Source of the DNA: Collinsella aerofaciens
GTDB lineage: Bacteria > Actinomycetota > Coriobacteriia > Coriobacteriales > Coriobacteriaceae
Length of the DNA: 64,000 bases
NCBI GenBank assembly: GCA_047014445.1
Contig: JBKXPS010000002.1
Coordinates: forward strand, 88,505-152,504
Direction: 5' to 3'
The notes below the pieces were generated by a model. The model saw only the letters and a list, made by a program, of their open reading frames with translations. It did not search any database and was not told the DNA's origin. This document shows positions 30,440 through 39,217 of the stretch, in pieces. The position numbers and the translations under genes are program-made. Every line of letters begins with the position of its first letter. Position 1 is the first letter of the stretch.

Positions 30440-32881
30440 CTACCCCAGCGAGCGGTTGAGGGAGCCGAGCTCGTCGTTGCCCATGGTGCGCCACATTTGG
30501 AAGATGCAACCGCGTGCCAGGAAAAAGAAGCCGTTGTCGACCAGTTGAACAGCGGCATCTGCCAGCTGATTCGTCACGGCGGACACTGGCGGCAGCTCGA
30601 GTCCAGCCTTGCGAATGGTCTCGACCGCTTCCTCGAACGTCGGAGGCTCGCTGACGCCCATCTCGTTCATAAGGCCCTGCATTTCTTCCAGCGCGCTGCT
30701 GCCCGACTCCTCGCCACGTGGCACCAGACGGTAACAAGCCAGCGCAAGGTCGAGCTGATCGCAATTCCAATAGGCAAACGCCAGGCGATAGAACAGGTAG
30801 CCGATTGCAGAGCGATCGCTGGCAATACGTAGGCCGTGGCGCGCCACCTCGATAATCTCGTCAAAGCGCTCCAGACGCGCAAGAACGTTGATGAGCGCAA
30901 AGTGCGATTGCATGGACGAGCGCGCCAGATCGTAAAGATGGCGCACCTCGGGCAGCGCTCGTTCAAAGTCCTCTTGCTCGACGTAAAAGCTGCAGATCTC
31001 GTGCTGGGCAAAGTACAGCGCATCGGGCGCACGAAGGATTCGCACAGAGCGGTCTTCTTCCAACACCGGTAGCACCATGCGCACCAGCTGGTTATCGCAA
31101 AACTGCGTTTGAACCGGACCTGTCGCCAAAAGCTCGGCAACGGCGCACTTAGCCTCCAACTCCTCAACAAGACGGGAAAAGCCTTCAAAAGCACCTGTAC
31201 GGTCGACTTTTGCCTGCTCGCGCAATTCAACAACACGGGCCACGTATGGGTCGTCGTCCTCTTCCATGACCTCCAACTCGTCAGCCGTATCGGCAAGCAG
31301 CAAATCGCGCAGCGCCGGCGGAAGCGTGCGATGGTCATCACGCGGACGAGCATGAACCTCCGCAGGTTCAATCGTCTCCGGAGCAGTTGACTCATACGCC
31401 TCAAGTACACGCTTGCACGGCATATCGTCCATGTCCATGCTCTCAAGATCCTTGGCGACAGGCACGCAATCGGCCAGATAGGCCGCGCGCCCAAAGAAAT
31501 ACGTTGCGACAACGCGCTCGCCCTGCTCACTGTCGGGAGCAGCAATCTGCACATAGCAGCGCGTGATGCAGGTGCCCGCGGCAAAACACGCTGCCGCAAG
31601 CGTGAGTGACACGCGCGCATCGTGCTCCGCGGCCCAGATCGCGCGCGTGTCCTCGTCCAGCTCGCGCCAGGCGTCATCCTGAGCGTCGTATTCACGTTGC
31701 GGCATGGCATCAACGACAGACTGCCCAAACCGAACGAGCATAATCCCCTCGGCAACGTTTGCCCGATAGGTATAGTCGAGCCGCGTGACCACGTTGAGCG
31801 CCTCAACGATTCGCGCAAAACGGGTGCGCACGTCCCACTCGCCGCCCGGCTGGCAAGCCACCGTACCCGGCTTGCCCCACGGGTTATCGCTCGAAGCCGT
31901 ATCGAGCAGTCGGGGAACATCGTTGGTCGTCTTGGCGATATGCCACGCATCAAAGAGCGCGCAGCCCTCAAGGCTCGGCGAGGATGCCGCAGGGACCAAT
32001 CCGGCCCCGATGCGCTCAAGGATGCCGGAGAGGCGGTTGAGACGGCACTCGATGGCAAGCAGCATGTCAATCTCGTCCTGGTCCAACAGGCTACGATCAA
32101 AATTGAGATAGAAAATCTTTGAGCGATCAATGCGAGCCAGGCTCATCTCGGACTTGGCAGCGATGGTGCGCAGGCGGGGCAAGTCAATTTCGCTCATAAG
32201 GGCGGCGGCATAGCGCTCGATACCGCTCGGATTCTCGGCATGGTCAACGCGGTAGAGCAGCGTCTCGATAGCATCGGGGAGCGGTGCCGTGTTAAAGCCC
32301 AAAAACACCTCGACCGGCTCGGGCAACTTTACGAGCTTGATCTTGTCGACAACGTTTTGCATACCCTCGTCGAGTCCGCCGGCGTCCGCCGTGTTCACAA
32401 TAGCGCTTTCGGAGTTGGCAAATATCACGTAGCGCAAGAACATCGAGGCCATGAACTCGCCGTAAGGAAGGGCGCGGGTCGAATTCCATGTCTCGTGGTC
32501 GGACTGCTCGCGCATGGGGCCTTCGGGAGAGCCGGCAGTTTGCGCACACGCGCGCATTGCACCGTTGGCTTCCCTTACCATAATCTCACCAATACTGGAA
32601 TCCGACTCGTCAAGGACCAGTTCCATGTCGGGATCGTTGGGCAGCGGAGCCTCGCAGACGGGGCGGTCCACCTTGTACACCTCACCCGAAACGCTTACGT
32701 AGCCCAAAAGCGACACATGACTTTTGCCAACGAATTCGACGACATAACAAGATTCATGCTGGTCCTCGCCAAAGAGTTTCCAGACCACGCCATATGAGCG
32801 CCCCGCAGGCTGCTCGGGCATCGCCGGAAAGCGCTTTTTGGGATCGAGAAACCTGAGCCTGTATGTCGGACGCTCTGCCAC
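30440..32881 (-). CDS. Hypothetical protein with C-terminal TPR-like repeats
   Basis: 813 aa acidic ORF; helical TPR-like pattern (YLFYRLAFAYWNCDQLDLALACY). Confidence 0.75.
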   Translation of the reverse strand: MAERPTYRLRFLDPKKRFPAMPEQPAGRSYGVVWKLFGEDQHESCYVVEFVGKSHVSLLGYVSVSGEVYKVDRPVCEAPLPNDPDMELVLDESDSSIGEIMVREANGAMRACAQTAGSPEGPMREQSDHETWNSTRALPYGEFMASMFLRYVIFANSESAIVNTADAGGLDEGMQNVVDKIKLVKLPEPVEVFLGFNTAPLPDAIETLLYRVDHAENPSGIERYAAALMSEIDLPRLRTIAAKSEMSLARIDRSKIFYLNFDRSLLDQDEIDMLLAIECRLNRLSGILERIGAGLVPAASSPSLEGCALFDAWHIAKTTNDVPRLLDTASSDNPWGKPGTVACQPGGEWDVRTRFARIVEALNVVTRLDYTYRANVAEGIMLVRFGQSVVDAMPQREYDAQDDAWRELDEDTRAIWAAEHDARVSLTLAAACFAAGTCITRCYVQIAAPDSEQGERVVATYFFGRAAYLADCVPVAKDLESMDMDDMPCKRVLEAYESTAPETIEPAEVHARPRDDHRTLPPALRDLLLADTADELEVMEEDDDPYVARVVELREQAKVDRTGAFEGFSRLVEELEAKCAVAELLATGPVQTQFCDNQLVRMVLPVLEEDRSVRILRAPDALYFAQHEICSFYVEQEDFERALPEVRHLYDLARSSMQSHFALINVLARLERFDEIIEVARHGLRIASDRSAIGYLFYRLAFAYWNCDQLDLALACYRLVPRGEESGSSALEEMQGLMNEMGVSEPPTFEEAVETIRKAGLELPPVSAVTNQLADAAVQLVDNGFFFLARGCIFQMWRTMGNDELGSLNRSLG

Positions 32882-33002
32882 GAAATATCACCCTGATCGG
32901 TCGTTGAGAGAAGGAGTGGTCGCGGATGGGCCGCGACACCTACTCGGAATCTTACACGAGTCGACAGGAAATCGTCCCTTTGGACGAAAGCACTCAAGCT
33001 GG

Positions 33003-33234
33003 CGTAAAAGAAAAGCCCCCGTTGCCGGGAGCTTTAATCTCAAATGGTGCGGCGTATAGGATTCCGCGCATCCGCTGCGCGGATCCGCACCGGCTTCGCC
33101 CGCCTTCCGGCGTGCTCGCCCGCGGGCTAAAAACGCTCCGCGTTTTCTTGGCGCTCGCGCCTCGACCGAGGTTCGAATCCATGCGGTGCTTACGTAAAAG
33201 AAAAGCCCCCGTTGCCGGGAGCTTTAATCTCAAA
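33003..33234 (-). repeat. tRNA-Arg-linked 190-bp structured unit (copy 1)
   Basis: 62-bp perfect direct repeat 33003-33064/33193-33254; 3'-end copy 33045-33064; antisense T-arm 33169-33180. Confidence 0.9.
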
Positions 33235-33311
33235 TGGTGCGGCGTATAGGATTCGAACCTATGACGTTCTGATTCGTAGTCAGACCCTCTATCCAGCTGA
33301 GGTAACGCCGC
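33235..33311 (-). tRNA. tRNA-Arg(ACG) copy 1
   Basis: 77-nt cloverleaf; anticodon arm TCTGA-CTACGAA-TCAGA; CCA encoded. Confidence 0.96.
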
Positions 33312-33323
33312 GACTTGTTGATT

Positions 33324-33352
33324 ATTATGCACATCGACTGAATAAAGGTCAA
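33324..33352 (-). promoter_or_regulatory. Sigma70-type promoter of tRNA-Arg copy 1
   Basis: TTGACC-N17-CATAAT. Confidence 0.7.
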
Positions 33353-33431
33353 GCATTTTTCGAAAAAAGTTATTGAATTTGATTTTTACTCATTTTGACC
33401 ACTTGATGCGATCTTCGACGCATCGCGATAT

Positions 33432-33659
33432 AAGAAAAGCCTCCGTTACCGGAGGCTTTAAAATTCAATTGGTGCGGCGTATAGGATTCCGCGCATCCGC
33501 TGCGCGGATCCGCACCGGCTTCGCCCGCCTGCCGGCGGACTCGCCCGCTCGCTAAAAACGCTCCGCGTTTTCTTGACGCTCGCGCCTCGAACGAGGTTCG
33601 AATCTCCGCAATGCCCCCGTAAAGGAAAAGCCCCCGTTTCCGGAGGCTAAAAACTCAAT
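33432..33659 (-). repeat. tRNA-Arg-linked 190-bp structured unit (copy 2)
   Basis: 3'-end copy 33470-33489; antisense T-arm 33594-33604; same core as copy 1. Confidence 0.9.
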
Positions 33660-33736
33660 TGGTGCGGCGTATAGGATTCGAACCTATGACGTTCTGATTC
33701 GTAGTCAGACCCTCTATCCAGCTGAGGTAACGCCGC
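33660..33736 (-). tRNA. tRNA-Arg(ACG) copy 2
   Basis: Identical to copy 1. Confidence 0.96.
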
Positions 33737-33748
33737 AACGCACGGATT

Positions 33749-33777
33749 ATTATGCACGTGACCCCTCGATGGGTCAA
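33749..33777 (-). promoter_or_regulatory. Sigma70-type promoter of tRNA-Arg copy 2
   Basis: TTGACC-N17-CATAAT with a spacer different from copy 1. Confidence 0.7.
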
Positions 33778-33818
33778 GCGACAATTTGGAAAAATTTTAC
33801 GAAGTGATGATTAAGATA

Positions 33819-34090
33819 CTCGCGCCTCGACCGAGGTTCGAATCCATGCAGCGGTGGCATAAAAGAAAAGCCCCCGTTGCCGGAGGCTTTCAATTTCAAT
33901 TGGTGCGGCGTATAGGATTCCGCGCATCCGCTGCGCGGATCCGCACCGGCTTCGCCCGCCTGCCGGCGCGCTCGCCCGCGGGCTAAAAACGCTCCGCGTT
34001 TTCTTTACGCCCGCGCCTCGACCGAGGTTCGAATCCATGCGGTGGCGGCATAAAAGAAAAGCCCCCGTTGCCGGAGGCTTCAAGTTCAAT
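33819..34090 (-). repeat. tRNA-Arg-linked 190-bp structured unit (copy 3) plus partial second unit
   Basis: 3'-end copy 33901-33920; antisense T-arm 34025-34036 and again at 33834-33845. Confidence 0.9.
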
Positions 34091-34167
34091 TGGTGCGGCG
34101 TATAGGATTCGAACCTATGACGTTCTGATTCGTAGTCAGACCCTCTATCCAGCTGAGGTAACGCCGC
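34091..34167 (-). tRNA. tRNA-Arg(ACG) copy 3
   Basis: Identical to copy 1. Confidence 0.96.
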
Positions 34168-34244
34168 AGCGCAAGACATATAAAACCACTTTAGCTTATT
34201 GGAGTCAAGCACAATCTCAAACTTTTTTGTGGAACGCAGTTTTG

Positions 34245-34622
34245 TCATGCTGCTCCGCATATACCGCTGTTCCCCGTACGATCGATTGGCTTTTCGATCA
34301 CGTCAAACTTGGCATCAAGTTCACTCAGGAGCGATCTCACCCGCTGGGCACAATCATAATCGGCAAACGAGATGCTCAGCATGCGCGCGACCTGGTTGGA
34401 AGTCCCAACTCCATAGAAGTGCTCCAGCGCCACAAGTCCCTCGTGCGTCACAAAGGTCTCGACCACATGCGGCGACTCCTCAAAGCACCATTGTGTCAAC
34501 GGACCCTCACTCGTCTGCCGAACCACCAAGCCACCCATACCCGACGGCTCACACGTTACAAGCAGGTACTCCCCGCCCTCGTCGCTCTCAAACAAAACCA
34601 CCCGATCATCAAACAGCTCCAT
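34245..34622 (-). CDS. Hypothetical protein (125 aa)
   Basis: RBS GAAAGGGGA before ATG; plausible composition. Confidence 0.75.
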   Translation of the reverse strand: MELFDDRVVLFESDEGGEYLLVTCEPSGMGGLVVRQTSEGPLTQWCFEESPHVVETFVTHEGLVALEHFYGVGTSNQVARMLSISFADYDCAQRVRSLLSELDAKFDVIEKPIDRTGNSGICGAA

Positions 34623-34681
34623 CGCGTCCCCTTTCTCTCGCTCTTATTTAGCAAAAGCATAGCAGGTAGATGGCTGTATAC

Positions 34682-34695
34682 AGAACAGTTGTTCG
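34682..34695. promoter_or_regulatory. Gram-positive-type SOS (LexA) box candidate
   Basis: AGAAC-AGTT-GTTCG matches GAAC-N4-GTTC, 60 bp upstream of the 125-aa ORF. Confidence 0.55.
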
Positions 34696-34795
34696 TGTGT
34701 TTTCTATTGAGCTGTCCGCACGGCATGGTATGGACCTGCGCACGAAATAGGGCGCCCCCGAAGGAGCGCCCTTGCATATCCCCTATGCAGCCAAC

Positions 34796-36079
34796 TTACG
34801 CGACCGGCTCGATCTTCTCGAGACCACCCATGTAAGGACGCAGGACCTCGGGAATCGTGATGGTGCCGTCGGCGTTCTGGTAGTTCTCCAGAATGGCGGC
34901 CATGGTGCGGCCGGCCGGCAGGCCGGAACCGTTGAGCGTGTGCAGGTAGCGCGAACCCTTGAAGTTCTCGGGGTCGCGGTACTTGATGTTGGCGCGGCGG
35001 GCCTGGAAGTCGCCGCAGTTGGAGCAGGAGCTGATCTCCTTGTAGGCGTTGTAGCTCGGCAGCCAGACCTCGACGTCGTAGGTCTGACGGGCAGAGAAGC
35101 CCAAGTCGCCGGTGCACAGGCTAATCACGCGATACGGAAGGCCCAGCTGCTGCAGCAGGTACTCGGCCTCGGCGGTCATGCTCTCGAGCTCCTCGTCGGA
35201 CTCCTCCGGCTTAGCGAACTTGACCATCTCGACCTTGTCGAACTCGTGCTGACGGATAATGCCGCGGGTGTCGCGACCGGCGGAACCGGCCTCCTCGCGG
35301 AAGCAGGGGGTGAAGGCGGTGTAGCGGCGCGGCAGGGTGTCGGCGTCGAGGACCTCGCCGGCGTGCAGGTTGGTGAGCACGACCTCGGCGGTGGGGATCA
35401 GGAAGTTGTCGCCCGAGACGTGGTAGGCGTCGTCCTCGAACTTGGGCAGCTGACCCGTGCCAAACATGGTCTGACGCTTGACGACGATGGGCGGCCACCA
35501 CTCCTTAAAACCACGGCTGGTGTGCGTATCGAGGAAGAAGTTGATGAGGGCGCGCTCCAGGCGGGCGCCGGCGCCACCGAGAACGGTAAAACGGCTGCCG
35601 GAGAGCTTGTTGCCGCGCTCGAAGTCGAGGATGTCCAGATCGGTGCCCAGATCCCAATGCGGCTTAAAGTCGAAGTCGAACTCGCGCGGGGTGCCCCAAC
35701 GACGGCGCTCAATATTCTCGTCCTCGTCCTTGCCGTACGGCGTGGCCTCGCAAGGAATGTTGGGCAGGTGAGCCATGAAGTCGTACTGCTCCTGCTCGAG
35801 AGCAGTACGGCGCTCGGCCAGACCGTCAATCTTCTCGTTGACGGCGCGCACGGCCTCCTTGGCGGCCTCGGCCTCGTCCTTCTTGCCCTCCTTCATCAGG
35901 GCGCCGATCTTCTTGGACTCGGCGTTGCGCGTAGCCTGGAGCTCCTCGACCTCGGTGATGACGGCACGGCGCTCGTCGTCGAGCTCAAAGAACTTCTCGC
36001 GATCCCAAGACGTCTGGCGGTTAGCCATGGCGACATCGATGGCATCGGGGTTCTCGCGAACAAACTTGATATCAAGCAT
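34796..36079 (-). CDS. serS: Serine-tRNA ligase
   Basis: [10 protein letters not shown] start; [36 protein letters not shown] and HTLNGSG motifs. Confidence 0.97.
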   Translation of the reverse strand: MLDIKFVRENPDAIDVAMANRQTSWDREKFFELDDERRAVITEVEELQATRNAESKKIGALMKEGKKDEAEAAKEAVRAVNEKIDGLAERRTALEQEQYDFMAHLPNIPCEATPYGKDEDENIERRRWGTPREFDFDFKPHWDLGTDLDILDFERGNKLSGSRFTVLGGAGARLERALINFFLDTHTSRGFKEWWPPIVVKRQTMFGTGQLPKFEDDAYHVSGDNFLIPTAEVVLTNLHAGEVLDADTLPRRYTAFTPCFREEAGSAGRDTRGIIRQHEFDKVEMVKFAKPEESDEELESMTAEAEYLLQQLGLPYRVISLCTGDLGFSARQTYDVEVWLPSYNAYKEISSCSNCGDFQARRANIKYRDPENFKGSRYLHTLNGSGLPAGRTMAAILENYQNADGTITIPEVLRPYMGGLEKIEPVA

Positions 36080-36190
36080 TAGATCCTCCGGCGATATACA
36101 TTCCATTTAGGTTGCAACCTTGTACATGTATGGGCAAGTATATACTTATGAGCGTTTACGACCCAACTCAACTACGCAAGAAGGCACCCA

Positions 36191-36364
36191 ATGGACGCAG
36201 TTTTTTCCTTTTTGTTTGGCACCCGCACCGGTTTTGCCATCCTTTTCGCCGGCGGCATCCTGTTATTTGCGATTCTTGCCTTTGTAATGGAGAAGCGTAC
36301 CCATAAGATGTACGTCGACCGCGGACCCAAGTCCGAGGATGAGGAAGACAGCTTCTGGGACTAA
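36191..36364 (+). CDS. Small membrane protein (57 aa), absent from the ORF track
   Basis: MDAVFSFLFGTRTGFAILFAGGILLFAILAFVMEKRTHKMYVDRGPKSEDEEDSFWD; RBS AAGAAGG; one TM segment plus acidic tail. Confidence 0.75.
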   Translation: MDAVFSFLFGTRTGFAILFAGGILLFAILAFVMEKRTHKMYVDRGPKSEDEEDSFWD

Positions 36365-36415
36365 CCTGCCAAAAAGGGACAGGTTTATTTTGGTCTGTTT
36401 TATCTGGGCAAACGC

Positions 36416-36459
36416 AAGCGCCCCGCAACTGGAATTGAGCCAGTTGCGGGGCGCTTTTC
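36416..36459. terminator. Bidirectional terminator between the small ORF and proC
   Basis: AAGCGCCCCGCAACTGG / CCAGTTGCGGGGCGCTTTT. Confidence 0.75.
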
Positions 36460-36522
36460 GCTAAAAGGACAAAACCGCAGAAAATACCTGCCAAAAATAA
36501 ACCCGTCTTTTTTTGGTCGGTT

Positions 36523-37293
36523 TTACTGGAGAGTTGCGTCGATTGCCTTGACCAGGGCGCTGCGCATGCCAGCGTCCTCGAGCGCAACGACGCCCTTGAT
36601 GGTGGCACCACCGGGCGAGCATACGGCATCCTTCATCGCCGCAGGATGCTGGCCAGTTGCAAGCTGCAGCTTTGCCGTACCTAGCACCATCTGGCTCACA
36701 ATGCGATAGGCATCGGCACGCGGGATACCGTGCTTGACCGCCGCATCGCCCAGGGCCTCGATTGCCATGGCGACAAATGCCGGAGCGCAACCACCCACCG
36801 TGCCGCCCACAAACAGCAGGCTCGTATCGAGCTCGACCACCGCACCGAGTTTGCCAAGCAGATCAAGCACCACGGCGCTCTGCTCATCACTAAGCGTGGA
36901 AGCCTTCTCGCAAGCGATGACGCCCTCGCCCACCGAAACCGGTGTGTTGGGCACCGTCGAGATATGCGCGACGCCCGGCAGGACCTGCTCCCACTTGGCA
37001 CTGTCCCAGGTCCAGGCAACCGACAGAACGACCTTTTTGGCAAGAGCATCCTTGAGCGGGGCGAATACCTTCTCGATCATGTACGGTTTGACCGCAGCGA
37101 CCACGATATCGGATGCGGCGACAACCTCGGCGGCATCGTGGCAGGCGACCATGCCGCGCGCCTCGCAGCGCTCAACCAGTGCGTCGTAGCGACCCGCGCA
37201 GGCGCACATGTCGCTCGCAGCTACACCGGCAGCGATCCAGCCATCGGCCATAGCGCTCGCCATATTGCCAAAACCGACAAATCCAATCTTCAT
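36523..37293 (-). CDS. proC: Pyrroline-5-carboxylate reductase
   Basis: KIGFVGFGNMA, AVKP, PNTP and VCSPGGATIKG motifs. Confidence 0.95.
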   Translation of the reverse strand: MKIGFVGFGNMASAMADGWIAAGVAASDMCACAGRYDALVERCEARGMVACHDAAEVVAASDIVVAAVKPYMIEKVFAPLKDALAKKVVLSVAWTWDSAKWEQVLPGVAHISTVPNTPVSVGEGVIACEKASTLSDEQSAVVLDLLGKLGAVVELDTSLLFVGGTVGGCAPAFVAMAIEALGDAAVKHGIPRADAYRIVSQMVLGTAKLQLATGQHPAAMKDAVCSPGGATIKGVVALEDAGMRSALVKAIDATLQ

Positions 37294-37366
37294 ATCTCAT
37301 AGTCCTCTCAGACACGCTCTTCAAAACGAAAGCTATTGTCCCACGCCATTGTTTCGTATTGCCGAC

Positions 37367-37837
37367 CTATTTGTGATACGGCTCGCCACGGCTGATCTTG
37401 CAGGCGCGGTAGATTTGCTCCAGCAGCACCACGCGCGCCAAGTTATGCGGCAAGGTAATGCGTCCAAAGCTGAGCATCTCGTCGGCACGGGCACGCACGG
37501 CATCGCTCACGCCATCCGAGCCGCCGATCACAAAGGCGATGTCGCTGTTGCCTCGCAGCATGAGGTCATCGAGACGGGCCGAGAGCTCCTCACTCGAACG
37601 CTCCTTGCCCTCGATAGCCAGCAGGATCACATGCGCTCGAGACGGCAATGCAGCAAGAATTGCCGCCCCCTCCTTGTCGCGCGCGGCATCCACGCCGCCC
37701 GCCTTAGCCGGGTCGATATCGGCCACCTCGCGGATATCCACCTTGGCATAGGCGCCTAGGCGCTTGGTGTACTCAGCGCACGCGTCCTTCCAAAAGCGCT
37801 CTTTGAGCTTGCCAACACAAACGACGGTGTATTTCAC
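37367..37837 (-). CDS. rlmH: 23S rRNA m3Psi1915 methyltransferase
   Basis: VGKLKE, FVIGGSDG, LPHNLARVVLLEQIYRA and PYHK motifs. Confidence 0.96.
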   Translation of the reverse strand: MKYTVVCVGKLKERFWKDACAEYTKRLGAYAKVDIREVADIDPAKAGGVDAARDKEGAAILAALPSRAHVILLAIEGKERSSEELSARLDDLMLRGNSDIAFVIGGSDGVSDAVRARADEMLSFGRITLPHNLARVVLLEQIYRACKISRGEPYHK

Positions 37838-37843
37838 GCGTGC

Positions 37844-38782
37844 CTACTCCTTTGACTCGTTCTGAACCTTACCGGCAGCCAGCATCTGCTCGAACATAGA
37901 GGCCGACTGCGAAAAGTCGCTCGGCAGCACGACCGTCGAGGTTTTACCCGTGCGAGCGAACTCCGTCATCATCTCGGACCACTGCGTAAACATGAACAGT
38001 TGGTTGGCCTCGTCATTGCCGACACCCGTCTCTTGGATGATCTCGAGCGAATCTTTGATACCCAGCGCGATGGCCTTGCGCTGGTTGGCGATGCCCTCGC
38101 CCGCCTTTTCCATAGCCTCAGCCTCGGCGGTCGCCTCGGTGACGCGCTTGATGCGGTCGGCCTCAGCGAGCTCCTGTGCCGCAGCGCGCTTGCGCTGGGC
38201 AGCGTTGATGTCGTTCATGGAGTTCTCAACCTCGGTCGGCAGTGCGATTTTGGTGATGAGCGTCGACACGAGGGTGAAGCCGTAGGCGGCCATCTGCTCG
38301 GAAACGGTAGCGTTGACATCCTTGGCGATGTCATCCTTCTTGGCAAAGACCTCATCGAGTGTGTAGACGGGGATCGAAGAGCGCAGGGCGTCGGTGATGA
38401 AGTCACGCATCTGGTCGACGGGCTCCTGCAGCATGTAGTAGCTCTTGTAGATACCCGAATCTGCCGGGCCGGCGCCCATGTCATAGCTCACGTGGTACTG
38501 AGCAGAGACCTCAAGGCCGATGGTCACGTTGTCCTGGGTCTTAACGTCGATGCCAAAACCGTTTTTCATGGTGCGCAGGCTCACCGTGGCGGCCTTGCGG
38601 TCGATCACGGGCACCTTCATGTGGAAGCCCGCGTTGACGATGCGGTTAAACTTGCCCAGGCGCTCGATGATCACGGCATGCTGTTGTTCAACGACATAGC
38701 AGGCGTTGGGAAGCAGCAGCAACAGGATGATGATGGGAATCAAAAGGCTGGTAAGGGCGGCGATGATACCGGACAACAGCAT
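37844..38782 (-). CDS. SPFH/Band 7 domain protein
   Basis: N-terminal TM segment; IIERLGKF, KTQDNV and EAEA repeats. Confidence 0.92.
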   Translation of the reverse strand: MLLSGIIAALTSLLIPIIILLLLLPNACYVVEQQHAVIIERLGKFNRIVNAGFHMKVPVIDRKAATVSLRTMKNGFGIDVKTQDNVTIGLEVSAQYHVSYDMGAGPADSGIYKSYYMLQEPVDQMRDFITDALRSSIPVYTLDEVFAKKDDIAKDVNATVSEQMAAYGFTLVSTLITKIALPTEVENSMNDINAAQRKRAAAQELAEADRIKRVTEATAEAEAMEKAGEGIANQRKAIALGIKDSLEIIQETGVGNDEANQLFMFTQWSEMMTEFARTGKTSTVVLPSDFSQSASMFEQMLAAGKVQNESKE

Positions 38783-38853
38783 GGTCTCTCCTCTGATAGG
38801 CACACGTTGGCATTAGGATACCCGCACGAAGCAGCAACGTGACATCAACAAGA

Positions 38854-39087
38854 GGCCCATAACAAAAAGCTCCCATTGCTGGGAGCTCTTTCAATCAATG
38901 GTGCGGGCGAAAGGACGTCCGCGTATCCGCTTCGCGGATCCGCACCGGCTTCGGCCGCCTGCCGGCGTCCTCGCCAGCTCGCTAAAAACGCTCCGCGTTT
39001 TCTTTACGCTCGCTCCTTCACAGGTTCAAGTCCCTGTGATGGGCCCATAACAAAAAAGCTCCCATTGCTGGGAGCTCTTTAATTTAA
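38854..39087 (-). repeat. tRNA-Leu-linked 189-bp structured unit
   Basis: 3'-end copy 38899-38916; antisense T-arm 39022-39033 (AGGTTCAAGTCC); core nearly identical to the Arg units. Confidence 0.9.
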
Positions 39088-39174
39088 TGGTGCGGGCGAA
39101 AGGACTTGAACCTTCATGGGGTTGCCCCCATACGGACCTGAACCGTACGCGTCTGCCAATTCCGCCACGCCCGC
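39088..39174 (-). tRNA. tRNA-Leu(CAG)
   Basis: 87-nt cloverleaf with long variable arm; anticodon arm TACGG-TTCAGGT-CCGTA; CCA encoded. Confidence 0.95.
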
Positions 39175-39185
39175 GTGCAGGAATT

Positions 39186-39214
39186 AGAATAACGGAGCGC
39201 CACCACGAACGCAA
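39186..39214 (-). promoter_or_regulatory. Sigma70-type promoter of tRNA-Leu
   Basis: TTGCGT-N17-TATTCT. Confidence 0.55.
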
Positions 39215-39217
39215 GAA

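Noticed and set aside
33003..34167. CRISPR array interpretation of the recurring TGGTGCGGCGTATAGGATTC repeat
   Set aside because: The repeats are tRNA 3' ends, the intervening sequences are homologous rather than unique spacers, and no cas genes are present
36080..36190. T-box riboswitch upstream of serS (also checked hisS and metG)
   Set aside because: Leaders are short and no T-box consensus or terminator/antiterminator is visible
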